DNA from: Felis catus
Taxonomy: Eukaryota
Direction of reading: 5' to 3'
Length of the DNA: 64,000 bases
Assembly (NCBI RefSeq): GCF_018350175.1
Contig: NC_058368.1
Coordinates: 36,954,001-37,018,000 of the forward strand
In this document: in pieces, positions 37,801 to 49,690 of the stretch
How positions within the stretch are numbered: position 1 is the first letter of the stretch
Layout of the letters: the number at the start of each line of letters is the position of its first letter
The notes under the pieces: generated by a model
The model's input: only the letters and a program-made list of their open reading frames with translations
Databases searched by the model: none
What the model was told of the DNA's origin: nothing
Position numbers and translations under genes: made by a program

Positions 37801-39871
37801 TGTTTAAATTGACAGAGCCAATTGTATCTATTACATATATAATGCAATAATGATAGTGTTTCTAGAATAGGAATTTTATACATATAACAATGGGGGTCAT
37901 TTTCTCACAGGATTTTGTGCATGTGCCTGTGCTTTCCTCAGAGCTGTACAGGCCAGAGATAGAATTAGGAATCATATAGATGGATAAGTGGATGTTGTCC
38001 ATTGTATACCATGTTGAAAGCAGGTGGCATCTTCTCTTTGATGATATTCTTATACATTCTCCATGGAGATGTATTTCTTTAGGATAGAGTCTGCTAGTGT
38101 AGGTGCGTTCCTAGGTAGAAGCCACATCTTCCCCTTTGGATACATCTGAGTTCCTCACAGAACGGAGTGTCAGTCAGAGGCATTAGGAATCTGATCTTAC
38201 TGCTGCCAGTGCCTTCTCTCTGTGATGGCCCTGTTGCTCTTGCAGCTTCCTTATGAGTAGGGTAGAGAAGTAGCAAGCTTTTGTCAAAACTAACACCTCT
38301 TTTTCTTCTCATCGGTAAAGAGCAGCCGTAGCTGGGTAGTACACTTTGGAGGGGAGGCAGCCGGACAGCAAAGCCTGTACGAGTGGGGAGTGAGGTGTTC
38401 TCTGAGAGGCCACTCTCACGCTCCTAAGAAATTGCCCTACAGTAAATGAAATATTGATATAACAGGTTATCACTGTGTCCACGGCACACCGGAGAGGAAG
38501 TCCCTTGAGATTACAGCAATTAAGTGAGCCCTTTGCTTGTCTCATTGATTGGACTATATATGGTCTCTTTGTCTGTTGTCCTGTGTATATCGTATATTTT
38601 CTCCTGTATGATGAGTGCTATGAATTTCTTGGGAAGTGTGCCTTGCAATTTCAGAGAATTCGTTTATTTGTTTGGTGCTATTCCACAGCACATGCTGTGC
38701 TTCCCTTTCTAGAGACAGTGGCAGTGCTTGTTACATTTGATTATTATTGCTTTGTAGATGTGCTTGGTTCAAGCTCTAAGAAGTATATGTGCTATTATTG
38801 CCTCCCAACTTTATTTTTAGCTTCTTAACAATGTGCTTGCATGTTGCCTAAAGCTGCCTTTCAGTGCACAGGCTTGCATAATGTTAAAAGGCAAATAAAG
38901 CCAAGAAACTCCTCACAATATTTTCAGAATAATGTACCTGCTATTAAAAGAACATAACTGCTATTAAAAGAGTAAAGTACCTTTTGATAATGTGCATACA
39001 AGAAAACTATTGGTTATTTGAGTGGGCTATCACAAATAAGGTTTCTGTTGTAGAGACTACATAAGTAAAAATATTCTTCTTCATCCCTAGAACAGTTCTT
39101 GCTCTTTTGGTTATAAAAATTGTGTTTTACCAAAAAAATTGACTTAGTAAATTTTGCTTTTCATTTTTCATTTTTTATTTTTTTGTACCAGATTTCAAGC
39201 TAACTTTGTAGCTTGAAATGACTTGCTACTGTCCCTGCAGATTAGAGATTTTCTATTTTGGCTTTAGAACCTGGAATAGACTGGTACAGAGGACTGATTT
39301 TATCCATCCATAGCTCCTGTGTGGAATCACTTCTGCAGATTGTTTCTCTGGGAGGATATTGACTTAAATTTTTACTTACTTTTAAGGTATCAGAGAGTAC
39401 CAGTGTTGATTAAGAAGTGGGTTCTTTCTCATTTTGTTTTTCTCTGAATTTTTCAATAAATTTATAATTTATGAGGAGCTTGCCTTTTGAGCTCTGGTTT
39501 GTAATCATACGTACTCAGCATGGTATCCTCCAGAGTGGTGGAGAGGAGTCAGGCCCTCCTGACGACAAACGAGAAGAGTGATGAAGCAGCAAACAAATAG
39601 GAACATTCATAATAGCAATGCTTATGCACGCCGTTTCCCTGGCTTACATATATTATCTCAAACTGAGAAAGGCACGCATTATCTCCACTTCATAGACAAA
39701 GATACTGAGGTGCAGTGAAGCTAAGTAACATTCATAAGTGCACAGAGCTACTGAGTGGGCTTATGAAGGATGGTGAGGACACCAGCTAGAGCATCACACT
39801 CACCAAAGCATGAGAGCTTGTCCAGAGTTGAATGATAGTCTGGATTTTTTTCTAAGAAGCAGAAATTACAC

Positions 39872-39872
39872 T

Positions 39873-39919
<47 letters not shown>

Positions 39920-40338
39920 TTTTAGAAAGAGAGTGTGCGAGTGGGGAAGAGGGGCTGAGGGAGATTTTTTTTAATGTTTAATGTTTATTTTATGGTGCTT
40001 ATTTTTTAATGTTTATTTTTTACAATGTTTATTTTTGAGAGAGAGACAGAGTGTGATCGGTGGAGGGGCAGAGAGAGAGAAGGAGACACAGAATCTGAAG
40101 CAGGCTCCAGGCTCCGAGCTGTCAGCACAGAGCCTGACATGGGGCTCGAACTCACAAACCATGAGATCATGACCTGAGCCGAAGTCAGATGCCTAACTGA
40201 CTGGGCCACCCAGGCGCCCTGAGAGAGAGAGAATCTTAAGCATGCCCTGATGCGGGGCTCAGTCCCATGACCCCGGGATTGTGACCTGAGCTGAAATCAA
40301 GAGTCAGATGCTCTACTGATTGAGCCACCTGGGCGCTT
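39872..40338 (-). mobile_element. Older Can-SINE split by a nested SINE; (TTTA)n tail
   Basis: Tail and GA tract at 39872-39964; the rest of the body resumes at 40220. Confidence 0.88.
39965..40219 (-). mobile_element. Can-SINE nested in the GA tract of the older SINE
   Basis: Complete body flanked by tgag(g/a)gaga. Confidence 0.92.
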
Positions 40339-41429
40339 GCTCATACTATTTTCTTTTTAAATAATATGTAACTGAAAAACTTTCAGTTTTTAAGTTAATA
40401 GAAATAAATATGACCGGTTGTAAGTAGTACGAAATTGAGCAAAATATTTTTGAATGACAGTGACACATGTCATGAACTAAACCATGAAGCAATCTTTTTG
40501 AAGCCAATGAAATGTGACATGCTGGCTTTCCTAAACAATGCTCAAAGCATCTTTCTGTTTGCCTTAAACACTCAGAAATGTTAATGTGTTGAACCCTCGT
40601 GTGTGTTTTTCAGTCTAGACCATTCTGCATTCATTACTAGCCTCAATTCGTCCTTATCCTTCACCACTCTCTTGTCTTTATTTCTCCTTCATTTACTTTG
40701 GTAACAAGAAGCCCAGTTTAAAAGACGCTGCCCGACATCCCAGTATTCACATGAAGCTCTTTCCTGTATGCATTATGGACAAACTTTGATACTGGGGAAA
40801 TAAAGGACACAATAACAAAGCCAGTTTGGATACCTTTGTAGTTACTTATTATAATGATGTTTGTCTTATGAATCAGAACACTAATTGCTAATTACTAATA
40901 AAGTGAAAGGAACTACATAAATTACAACTCTTGCAAATTTTAGCTCTTTAAATAACTGGAAAAAGAGGGGATTGGGAAGGAAGTTTGTTGTTATAATGGG
41001 GAACTAATATATTAGCTACTAGAGTGACTTGGCTAGTCAATTTCTGATCAAAAGCAATTAGAGTAACAATGTTGCATTAGAAAACAACATAAACACTTGC
41101 ATTAAACTGATCAAATAGGCGAATTTTGGTGAGACACTTAGAGCTAGCTATAGAAAGAAGGATCAAAAAATACCTAATCATATCTTACTCTACATAATGT
41201 TTAGTCTTATGTGCATTTATTTCCCTAAGTGAATCATAACCCCCTTGAAGATAGGAATTACCTTTCAGTGTGTATCAAGTATAGGTCTTTCATACAATAT
41301 TCTTCCAATACAGGTACACTGAATAAATGAATTCATTAATATAGCCAGAAAATCTTCAACTCCAAAGCTATTGTAATGATAGGATTAACCCTAAAAATTT
41401 CTGTTTGAAAAGATTTCTCAAGTACCTAA

Positions 41430-41645
41430 TAAACACCAGGCATAACATTAGGTACAGGCAGGATTTTCTATTTATTATCTCCTTTGAATCTCACAGTAAT
41501 CCTACAATAAAAGCACTGTTATCCTCATTTTATATATTGGAATACTGAGACTCAGAGAGGTTAAACATTCTTCCTAGGACCAACAGTTGAAAGGAAAAAA
41601 GCTGACATTTTTCCATAGGCCTTTGACTCCAAAGCTTTGTCCTTT
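41430..41645 (-). mobile_element. MIR
   Basis: 'ttatcctcattttata..actgagactcagagaggttaa'. Confidence 0.8.
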
Positions 41646-41709
41646 CAGTTAGTTAGTGAAAAGAAAGTACCACACTAACAATATAGAATGCTTCAGTCCT
41701 CTGGAGGCA

Positions 41710-41712
<3 letters not shown>

Positions 41713-41757
<45 letters not shown>
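41713..41757. repeat. (TG)n microsatellite
   Basis: Directly visible. Confidence 0.95.
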
Positions 41758-41759
<2 letters not shown>

Positions 41760-42488
41760 CTAACAAATGCTAATGACAAATTCACTTTGGCAGGTCAACA
41801 AAATCTAATTTAGTGGAGTCAATCAAGTATTATTCTCACTTGCTAATTAACAGTTCCTTTGCTTTTTAGACAGCAGAGCCAAAGCAGTGACTAGAAAGTT
41901 ATTGGTCTAGAATAGACCTGGGCATGGTTGTCAACAGCCTCCACGTTGAACACAAAGGACAATTATGGTGAATTTTTCCCAGTCTAATTAACAAAGTTTT
42001 ACAAAATGCATCCCCCCCCAGTACTGCAGCATCAACAATCACTTCACAGAAGAATGAAAACATTTCAAGCACATTTTTAAAATTCTGAGTAGGTAAACAA
42101 GGTTTAATTTTTAACTGCCTTAGGTATTCATTTACTGCTAGACATTCGTTCACTCATTGATTTATTCAGCATTATTATTGTGTGCACACAGCACACAGCA
42201 ATATTATTGTGTGCTTACTAAATATGTATTTAATCTGCTACTTATTTCTTCAGATGGTTGATTAGATAGAAAAAGAAAACAAATAAAGTATAATAGTGAG
42301 GCAGATATAGTAAAAATTGCTTCTCTAGAAAGGACTAGAATACTTTGATGAAGATTACTAACTCCAGAACAGAATTTGAGGAAACGGAATAGTCATCAAT
42401 CTTTTCTTGATTTTAAATTGTCCTATGGGAGTTCATTCCTTTGTTCTATATGAGTTCTATGTGAGTTCTTTCCAACATACATACATAG

Positions 42489-42524
<36 letters not shown>

Positions 42525-42555
42525 ACAATATCAAATTCTGATTCAAGCTATTTTT

Positions 42556-42775
42556 TTTTTAAATTTTTTTTTCAACGTTTATTTACTTTTGGGACAGAGA
42601 GAGACAGAGCATGAACGGGGCAGGGGCAGAGAGAGAGGGAGACACAGAATCGGAAACAGGCTCCAGGCTCTGAGCCATCAGCCCAGAGTCCGACGTGGGG
42701 CTCGAACTCACGGACCGCGAGATCGTGACCTGGCTGAAGTCGGATGCTTAACCGACTGCGCCACCCAGGCGCCCC
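42556..42775 (-). mobile_element. Can-SINE, young felid subfamily
   Basis: TSD tgattcaagctattttt at 42539-42555 and 42776-42792. Confidence 0.97.
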
Positions 42776-43585
42776 TGATTCAAGCTATTTTTATGTGATT
42801 TTTCTTTTCTTCCTTCCCCCTCTCACTTTTTTTTTTACTTCTTCTGTGTCTCTTTTTTACTCTCTCCTCACATTGTTAATATTCCTTCAGTGCTGCTATT
42901 TTCTAGGCACTGTGCTAAGTATTGGGGCCATACAAATGAGTAGTAATGCTCCTTCCCATTGGAAATCCCATTGGAAAGACTGGTAGGTGAGCAGGTAATT
43001 ACAATGTAAAGTAGAAAGTAGGTAACAGTGATGCAAAAATATATGAATAGTTTTCTGTGGGGGAACAGAGAAGGTACCTACTGGACTTCGGGGAGATGGA
43101 AGCCAGAGAAGTGATGCTTATGGTGAGTCTTGAAGCTGAGTGATAATTCCTTAGGAAAAGAAAGATGATAATGCCCATCTGCACTAAGAAAGATGCGCCA
43201 TCAGAAAACAAACCTATCATTAAAACCTTATCTTGTCATTATCATTAGTAATTGCAGTGATGCCTTAAAGAGAAGTTTGAAAATTCTGCTTTTAGGTCAA
43301 CTCATTCCCATTGTGCTTCACAAATAAAGGGTGATAACAAGCAGTGACACCTCATCCAACTGTAGACATTTTTTTTCACAGATCAAATTAAAATGAGTTT
43401 TCCAATTTTCATAGGAAGCTGTTGATAATAACGTGATGGTGAAAGCTGATAACATAGTGTTCTAACTGACGTGTGCTTATGAGCGAATAGATGCATTCAT
43501 TGAGGCCTTAATAGCATAACAATTCCATGTATAGGAAGTAACATCCAATCCAATCTGGATTTCAGGTTAAAGCAGGGTTAGTCCA

Positions 43586-43825
43586 GGGGAGCCTGGGTGG
43601 CTCCATTGGTTAGGCCCCTGACTTTGTCTCAGGTCACAATCTCATGGTTGCTGAGTTTGAACCCTGCGTTTGGCTCTGCACTAACAGCTCATAGCCTGGA
43701 GCCTACTTTGGATTCTGTGTGTGTCTCTTTCTCTGCCAGTCCCCCACTTGTGTTTCCTCCCTCTTTCTCTCTCTAGCTCGCTCTCTCTCAAAAATAAATA
43801 AGCATTAAAAAACACAAAAAAACAA
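43586..43825 (+). mobile_element. Can-SINE
   Basis: Diverged body; flanked by cagggtta. Confidence 0.92.
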
Positions 43826-44505
43826 AACAGGGTTAAGCAAAGAATCCTGAATGCATAGTCTCTAAACATTTTACTACGGCCTCCTGAAAATTGACAAAAT
43901 TAACGAAAACTTAAAAATAAGATTTTTTAAAAATTTGCAACATGACCCACTACAATAGGTTCCTCATTGCCATTCTTGGAAGGTTTACAGACTAGATACT
44001 AGACACTATAAATGTAGAGAGAGCAACAAACCAAATGTCATCATCATCAATACCACACACAGTGAAAACAGGCAAACAAAAAATCAATCCATGATCTATG
44101 CACAATTTGTTCTGTGAAATGAAATGGTGCATCCAGTCAGGAAATTGGTAGAAGACACTGCAACTTTCTGCCTTCTTTCCTTATCTTGTCTGAACCAAGC
44201 AGAAGACAAGCAATACCAATAGCTCTCACTTAAGGTTGATATTGACTTTTGCCTCATGACAGCCTCTTGTGTGCTTACTTTAATCATGGCACTTTTCATT
44301 ACTGTCCACCCTCACCACCCTCACCCTCTGACTGTCCCTTGAATGTTTCCCTCACTTCTTTCATTCCCCAGATAAAAACATAGGTAGGTACTGGGAATAG
44401 AATGATGAACAAAGTAGACATCCTGATTTCTATCCTTATAGAGCTAAGAGCAGTGTGAGAGAGACACAATAAGCAAGTGGGCATGTTAAGAAATATGTAA
44501 TTACT

Positions 44506-44725
44506 GGGGCACCTGGGTGGCTCAGTCAGTTAAGCATCCGACTTCAGTTCAGGTCATGACCTTGTGGTTCATGGGTCTGAGCCCTGCGTTGGGCTCTGTT
44601 TTGACAGCTCACAGCCTGGAGTCTACTTCGGAGTGTGTGCCTCCCTGTTTTTCTGCCCCTACCCTGCTCGTGCTCTTTTTTTTCTCTCTCTCAAAAATAA
44701 ATAAACATTAAATTTTTTTTTAAAA
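44506..44725 (+). mobile_element. Can-SINE within an L2 fragment
   Basis: TSD aagaaata(t/c)gta(a/g)ttact. Confidence 0.94.
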
Positions 44726-44899
44726 AAGAAATACGTAGTTACTAACAGTAGTAAATGTTCTGAAGTCAAAACATTTGGTGAGAGGAAATGGGATTGGCTG
44801 TATTTACGGTGATAAGGAGTTGACCTGTAATAGCCCTGAAATATTTATATAATTGATTGATACAAATTATACAGGCCATGTTTTATTACCAGCACGTAA

Positions 44900-46330
44900 T
44901 AAAATAGAGATAAATGAAAGTCAAATTAGCAATACCTAAATTATAAAAATTAAAAAAAAGTTCTCAAATCAAAGCATAGGATCAAATATATAATAAATAT
45001 TAACATGAAATCAAAGCATCTCATAGCCAAACATTTCTTAAAAGTAAATTATTATAAAAGACTTGTTTTTTAGAATGACAGAATACTTATAAATTTTACT
45101 TTCAAACTAAGGATTTAGAAAAAAAAACTACAGAGGGCTCAAAGAAAAAGTGAAGGATGAAACTATAAAATTAGAGCTGAAATGAATGAATTAGAAAATA
45201 GAAAAAATGAATAGGTTGAATAAATATATATCAGACCAGGTCCTCTGGAGGATTAATCAAATAGGGACTACTAATAATATAAAATTTTTAAAAATTTCTT
45301 ACCAGGGGTAACAAAATATATTTCAGTTTTATAAAAAGAGATACCATGTTCACTCACCAGATCAGGAAAATAAAAATAGTTTAAAGTTGATGCTTTGGTA
45401 GATGGTGTTGGGGAAGAAAAATTATCCTTTGTCTTTCAAGATTCTTCTGACTAGTCTGAGAATCAAATTGACATGAGACCAATTAATTGGAGAAAATAAA
45501 ATTTAATTTTGTACATATGGGGAATTCACATAAACATGAGATTCCAAAGACATCCAGGCAAAATGAGGTATATGTCTTCCTGAACTAAGGATAAGGGGAT
45601 AGGGATCTGGGACTTCAAAGGAAAAGTAGGCACTTCACAGGAAGAATGGAAAGAGTAAATGTTTGGTAACTAAATGTTTGCTGGGTCATCCAGAAATAGG
45701 ACATAAAGAAGGCTTTGATCAAAGGAGTCTTGCTAGGTTTCTCCTGCCTACTGTACCTAGTTCATATAATGTAGTTGTCTATAGTGATAGTGCTCTACCT
45801 GCAGCTGGTCCTCTCTCTAAATTCTTCTGGTCTAAATTCTTGTTCTGAACCCTACTGCGAGTGTGTTTTAGATTTCCCAATGAGAGTGTTCATGGCACAC
45901 ACCCTTTTTTTAGAACGTATGTTAGAAATAGGAAACAAGAGACTTAAAAAGGTAAAAATGAGTTGCTTGGGTTATTAATTCCACACTTTAAAGACAAATA
46001 ATATATCCAAGATGTCCACTGCAGCTTTATTTACACCAATGAAAAATTATGAGTTTGATGTTCAAGAACATTAGAAAAGCTAAATATAAAATATGCTATA
46101 TTCCTACAATGGAATTTGATGATGGTGTTAACATTATTTTTACAGAAAGGTTTAATCATCTGAAAAATATATTTGTAGTGAAGAATGTAGAAAAGTAGGG
46201 AGACCATCAGTTCAAGTATATGTAGTAGTCTTAAAAGAAAGTTATATAAAATAATTTCTTATTGGTGAGATCATTAATGATGGCTTTAAAAATCTTTTCA
46301 CTTTTTCAGTATTTTTTCAAAAAATTTTTA
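44900..46330 (+). mobile_element. Old plus-strand L1 fragments interrupted by an LTR
   Basis: A-rich ORF2-like phrases 'aaattagagctgaaatgaatgaattagaaaatagaaaa', 'caagatgtccactgcagctttattt' and 'cctacaatggaat'. Confidence 0.55.
45405..45850. mobile_element. Probable ERV1-type solo LTR (carnivore LTR-like)
   Basis: TG start and 'aaattgacatgagac..attaa..ggagaaaa' motif seen in antisense ERV1 LTRs; it interrupts L1 sequence. Confidence 0.55.
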
Positions 46331-47223
46331 TTAAGTTTTATTGACAGCTTTATTGTGGGGAAGTAATACTCAATGAGTTTGTATCCCGTCATAATTCAGA
46401 GAGGACTCAAAGTTTTACTCCATCTGGATAAGAACCTAGCAAATGCCAGGTGTTTAATGTATTAGATTTAGTGACAAGAAGGTCAGAAGAAATGGTCCAG
46501 GCTGCGTCTGAGCAGTGGTCAAACCACGATTACTTGTCATGTAGTCTTATCTGGACAAGAACTGGCAAGGGCTCGCCAGGAATTAGTTTGGCATTTATAA
46601 ATCTTCTGGAGAAGTGAGGGGAATAGTTTTAAGACAACAGGGGAAAATGATATGTCAGGCTAAAATATCCTATCTTCCACTCTATCCTCTGTCCTGGACT
46701 GAGTAACTCAGTCTTACAATGAGGGATCTACTATTAAAGTGAGAAAAGTCAAACAAGTTTTTGTATTTTCTTCAATATCCATGAGGCAGGAAGATCAAGT
46801 CGCCAGGACAGACTTCAGTGATAGTATTGGCGATAGAATTTGTGGTGGTAGCAGCATCATTGACTAATGAAAGATGCCCATTGTTTAATTTCAGTCAAAT
46901 CTCTGAACAATTTTGCTATCCAGCCTCATAATTATGTTTTTACTCTATGCTAGCTATATGAATTTAGATGCATTCTTCCCTGGTAAGATGTGTGCATATA
47001 AGATAGAAAAAAATATGGTATTCTGTGTTTTTCTGTTTTGATAATGATACTAATAAGGATTAACACCAAGAATCATTATTTAATCTGTGACTAATCATTC
47101 CATAGATTGGAGGACTTCAAATTGATACTTATTGCTGTTTAATAACATGGCAACAGCAACTGCAAATATTGCCATTTCAGACCAATCATGCTCTGATCAT
47201 TTCCTTTTCTTTAGATGTTTTTG

Positions 47224-47229
47224 TATTAC

Positions 47230-47266
<37 letters not shown>

Positions 47267-47436
47267 TTCAGAGAGAAAGTGGGGGAGAAGGGCAGAGGGA
47301 GAGAGAGAGAAATCTTAAGCAGACTCTATGCTCAGTGTGGAGCCCAACACTGGGCTCGATCCCACGACCTTAGGATCATGAAACAAGCCAAAATCAAGAG
47401 TTGGACACTCAACCAACTGAGCCTTCCAGGCATCCC
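47224..47436 (-). mobile_element. Older Can-SINE with an (ATT)n tail
   Basis: SINE body; tagatg.. on both flanks. Confidence 0.9.
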
Positions 47437-47624
47437 TAGATGTGTTTTTAGATGTTTTTCTTTTAAAGGAATTTTCCTGAAATATCTATGACCCAGTTGT
47501 GTATTGGTCATAGATATTAAATACTCATTTGCAAAGTGCAGAAATAGTAATACTGTAATTTCTATAAATGTCAATCCTTCTCTTTCATCTTTTGGAAATT
47601 CATGGTCCTAATATTTTGGAAACC

Positions 47625-47850
47625 ATATTGCATGTTGTTTAGGATTACAGACTCTAGATCTCGATTGCCTCGAGTCTTAATTCGGATGCTACCAATAGCT
47701 TACTGTGGAACTTTAATAAGCCCCTTGAATCACTGTCCTTCAGTTCCCTTATCTGTATAAAGGGAATTTAGTTATTTGTACTACAGAATTTTTGTAAGGA
47801 TTACATGAATTAAGCTATGAAGAGCATCTGGAAACCTGATGTATATTATA
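47625..47850 (+). mobile_element. MIR
   Basis: 'cttcagttcccttatctgtataaaggga' and 'ttgtaaggattacatga'. Confidence 0.7.
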
Positions 47851-48589
47851 TTTATTATTATTATTATAGTTAATTATTATTATTATAGTTATTATTGTTA
47901 TCCAATGATATAAAATTGTGGTGTTGCCAGTTGAATTTTTAAATGTATATCATCTGAACTTTGAAGATTTTTTTTCTAAATAATATATATTCTCTGCTTT
48001 CCTGACAAGTATGTTTGACCTTCATGTGCTCTTTCTATTCCACGTATACCTGGGACATTGGCAGAAATCTTGAGAGTATCAGATGGATTTGAATATTCAT
48101 TCATAAGCACTTTGGCCTTGCCTTGAATTAAAGTAGCTTCTCTGTATTGATCTACTGACTTGGCTGTCCCTGACCAAACTACATCTTTCCCAGTGGATCT
48201 ATCTGTGTGCACTCTATCCAGTTCTCAAGCCACTAAACTTTTGTGTGATGCATGCATGTGTGATGCATGTAAACTCTTGGGAAGTACATGTTCATGTGGG
48301 ACCACATGCCTCTGTAACCATATCATCAATGCCAGTAACAGTGCTTCAGTTAAAAAAGAATAACTCAAAATGTCAAGTCCCTGGAATTGGAGTAGGAACT
48401 GAAGAGAGAGAGAGGAAGTCATACAAAACTCTTGAGTCATAAGATTCCTGATCCTTTATTAAGTAACAGTATACATGTCAGAAAACTCTTCATTGAAGTG
48501 TTATATAAGAAGTAAGCTTTTGTTTTATTTACTGGAATTTAGGGGTTTGCAACAGTAGTTGGTATTACTCTAACTTATGACTCACAATA

Positions 48590-49110
48590 TTTAGAGCCAT
48601 GGAGTTGGATGTACACATGTATAGAATGAGTGTAGGTACAGAAGAGAATAGATCTAAGGACTGAGTCCAGGGAACTCTGGCTTTAAGAAATAGAGAAAAG
48701 GAAGACAATTCAATAGATGAGGCCAAGAAGGAGCTGCCAGTACCTGAAAATAAGTGTCTTAGTTGTCAGGGAAGTCAAATGAAGGAAGTGTTTATGGATG
48801 AATCACCTGTATTCAATTCTGCTGAGCAGGCAAGGAAGAAGAGGACAGGGAAGTGTCCATTAGGTTTGGCAAACTGGTGGTCACTGGTGACATGGGCAAA
48901 AGAAGTCATGGGGGTTAAAACTTTCACTGGAATGGACTCAAGAGAAAACAAGAAGTAAGGGAGAAGAAGAAAAATGAACAGAAAAATGAAGTGATCGCTG
49001 GTGGGATTTGAGAGCAAGAGAAGCTGTTTCATATACATGGTATACAATTTGTCATGTTAGGATGCTAATGGAAATAGTATGTTAGAGAGAAAAAAGCTGA
49101 TACAGAGAGA
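48590..49110 (-). mobile_element. L2 fragment
   Basis: 'aaggactgagtcc', 'tcaattctgctgag', 'gtgtccattaggtttggcaa' and 'ggtcactggtgac'. Confidence 0.75.
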
Positions 49111-49485
49111 AAAATTTTCTCATTAACTAGAGGCTACACTCCTGTGGAGTCATATGGTTTTTTTTCATAGGGAAAGTATTGGGTAGCATTTATTAATATT
49201 CCTAGCTCAGCTTAACTAAAGGAAAATATATCCATGTATGGTAGTATGTTTTTAATTTTTGTCAACTGCCCTCTCTAACAAAAGCACATAAAGGAAAAAA
49301 GTGTAAGTCTATCTGAGTTCTCTAAACACTAAATATTACTTTTCAAAGATAACATCTGTTGGCAATGTATTGTGTGTTCTTCCCTGTTTTTTTCCTATGC
49401 ATGTATGTAAACATATATTTTATTTATATACTTATGCACATACACAAATACACACACACCTCATGTAATTAAAAATGCAACTCCA

Positions 49486-49615
49486 GGGGCCTCTGGGTGG
49501 CTCAGTCGGTTGAGCATCTGACTCTTGATTTTGACTCAGGTCATGATTTCAGGGTTTGTAAGATAGAGCCCTGCGTCGGGCTCTGTGCTGACAGCATGGA
49601 GCCTGCTTTGGATTC

Positions 49616-49658
<43 letters not shown>

Positions 49659-49690
49659 GCCCCTCCCCCACTTGCTTTCACAGGCAAAAA
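49486..49690 (+). mobile_element. Can-SINE with an abbreviated tail
   Basis: TSD atg(c/t)aactcca; sits in an old L1 3' end. Confidence 0.9.

Noticed and set aside
41899..42153. Minus-strand 84-aa ORF with a CPLC motif
   Set aside because: No recognisable family, weak splice context, and opposite to the inferred host strand.
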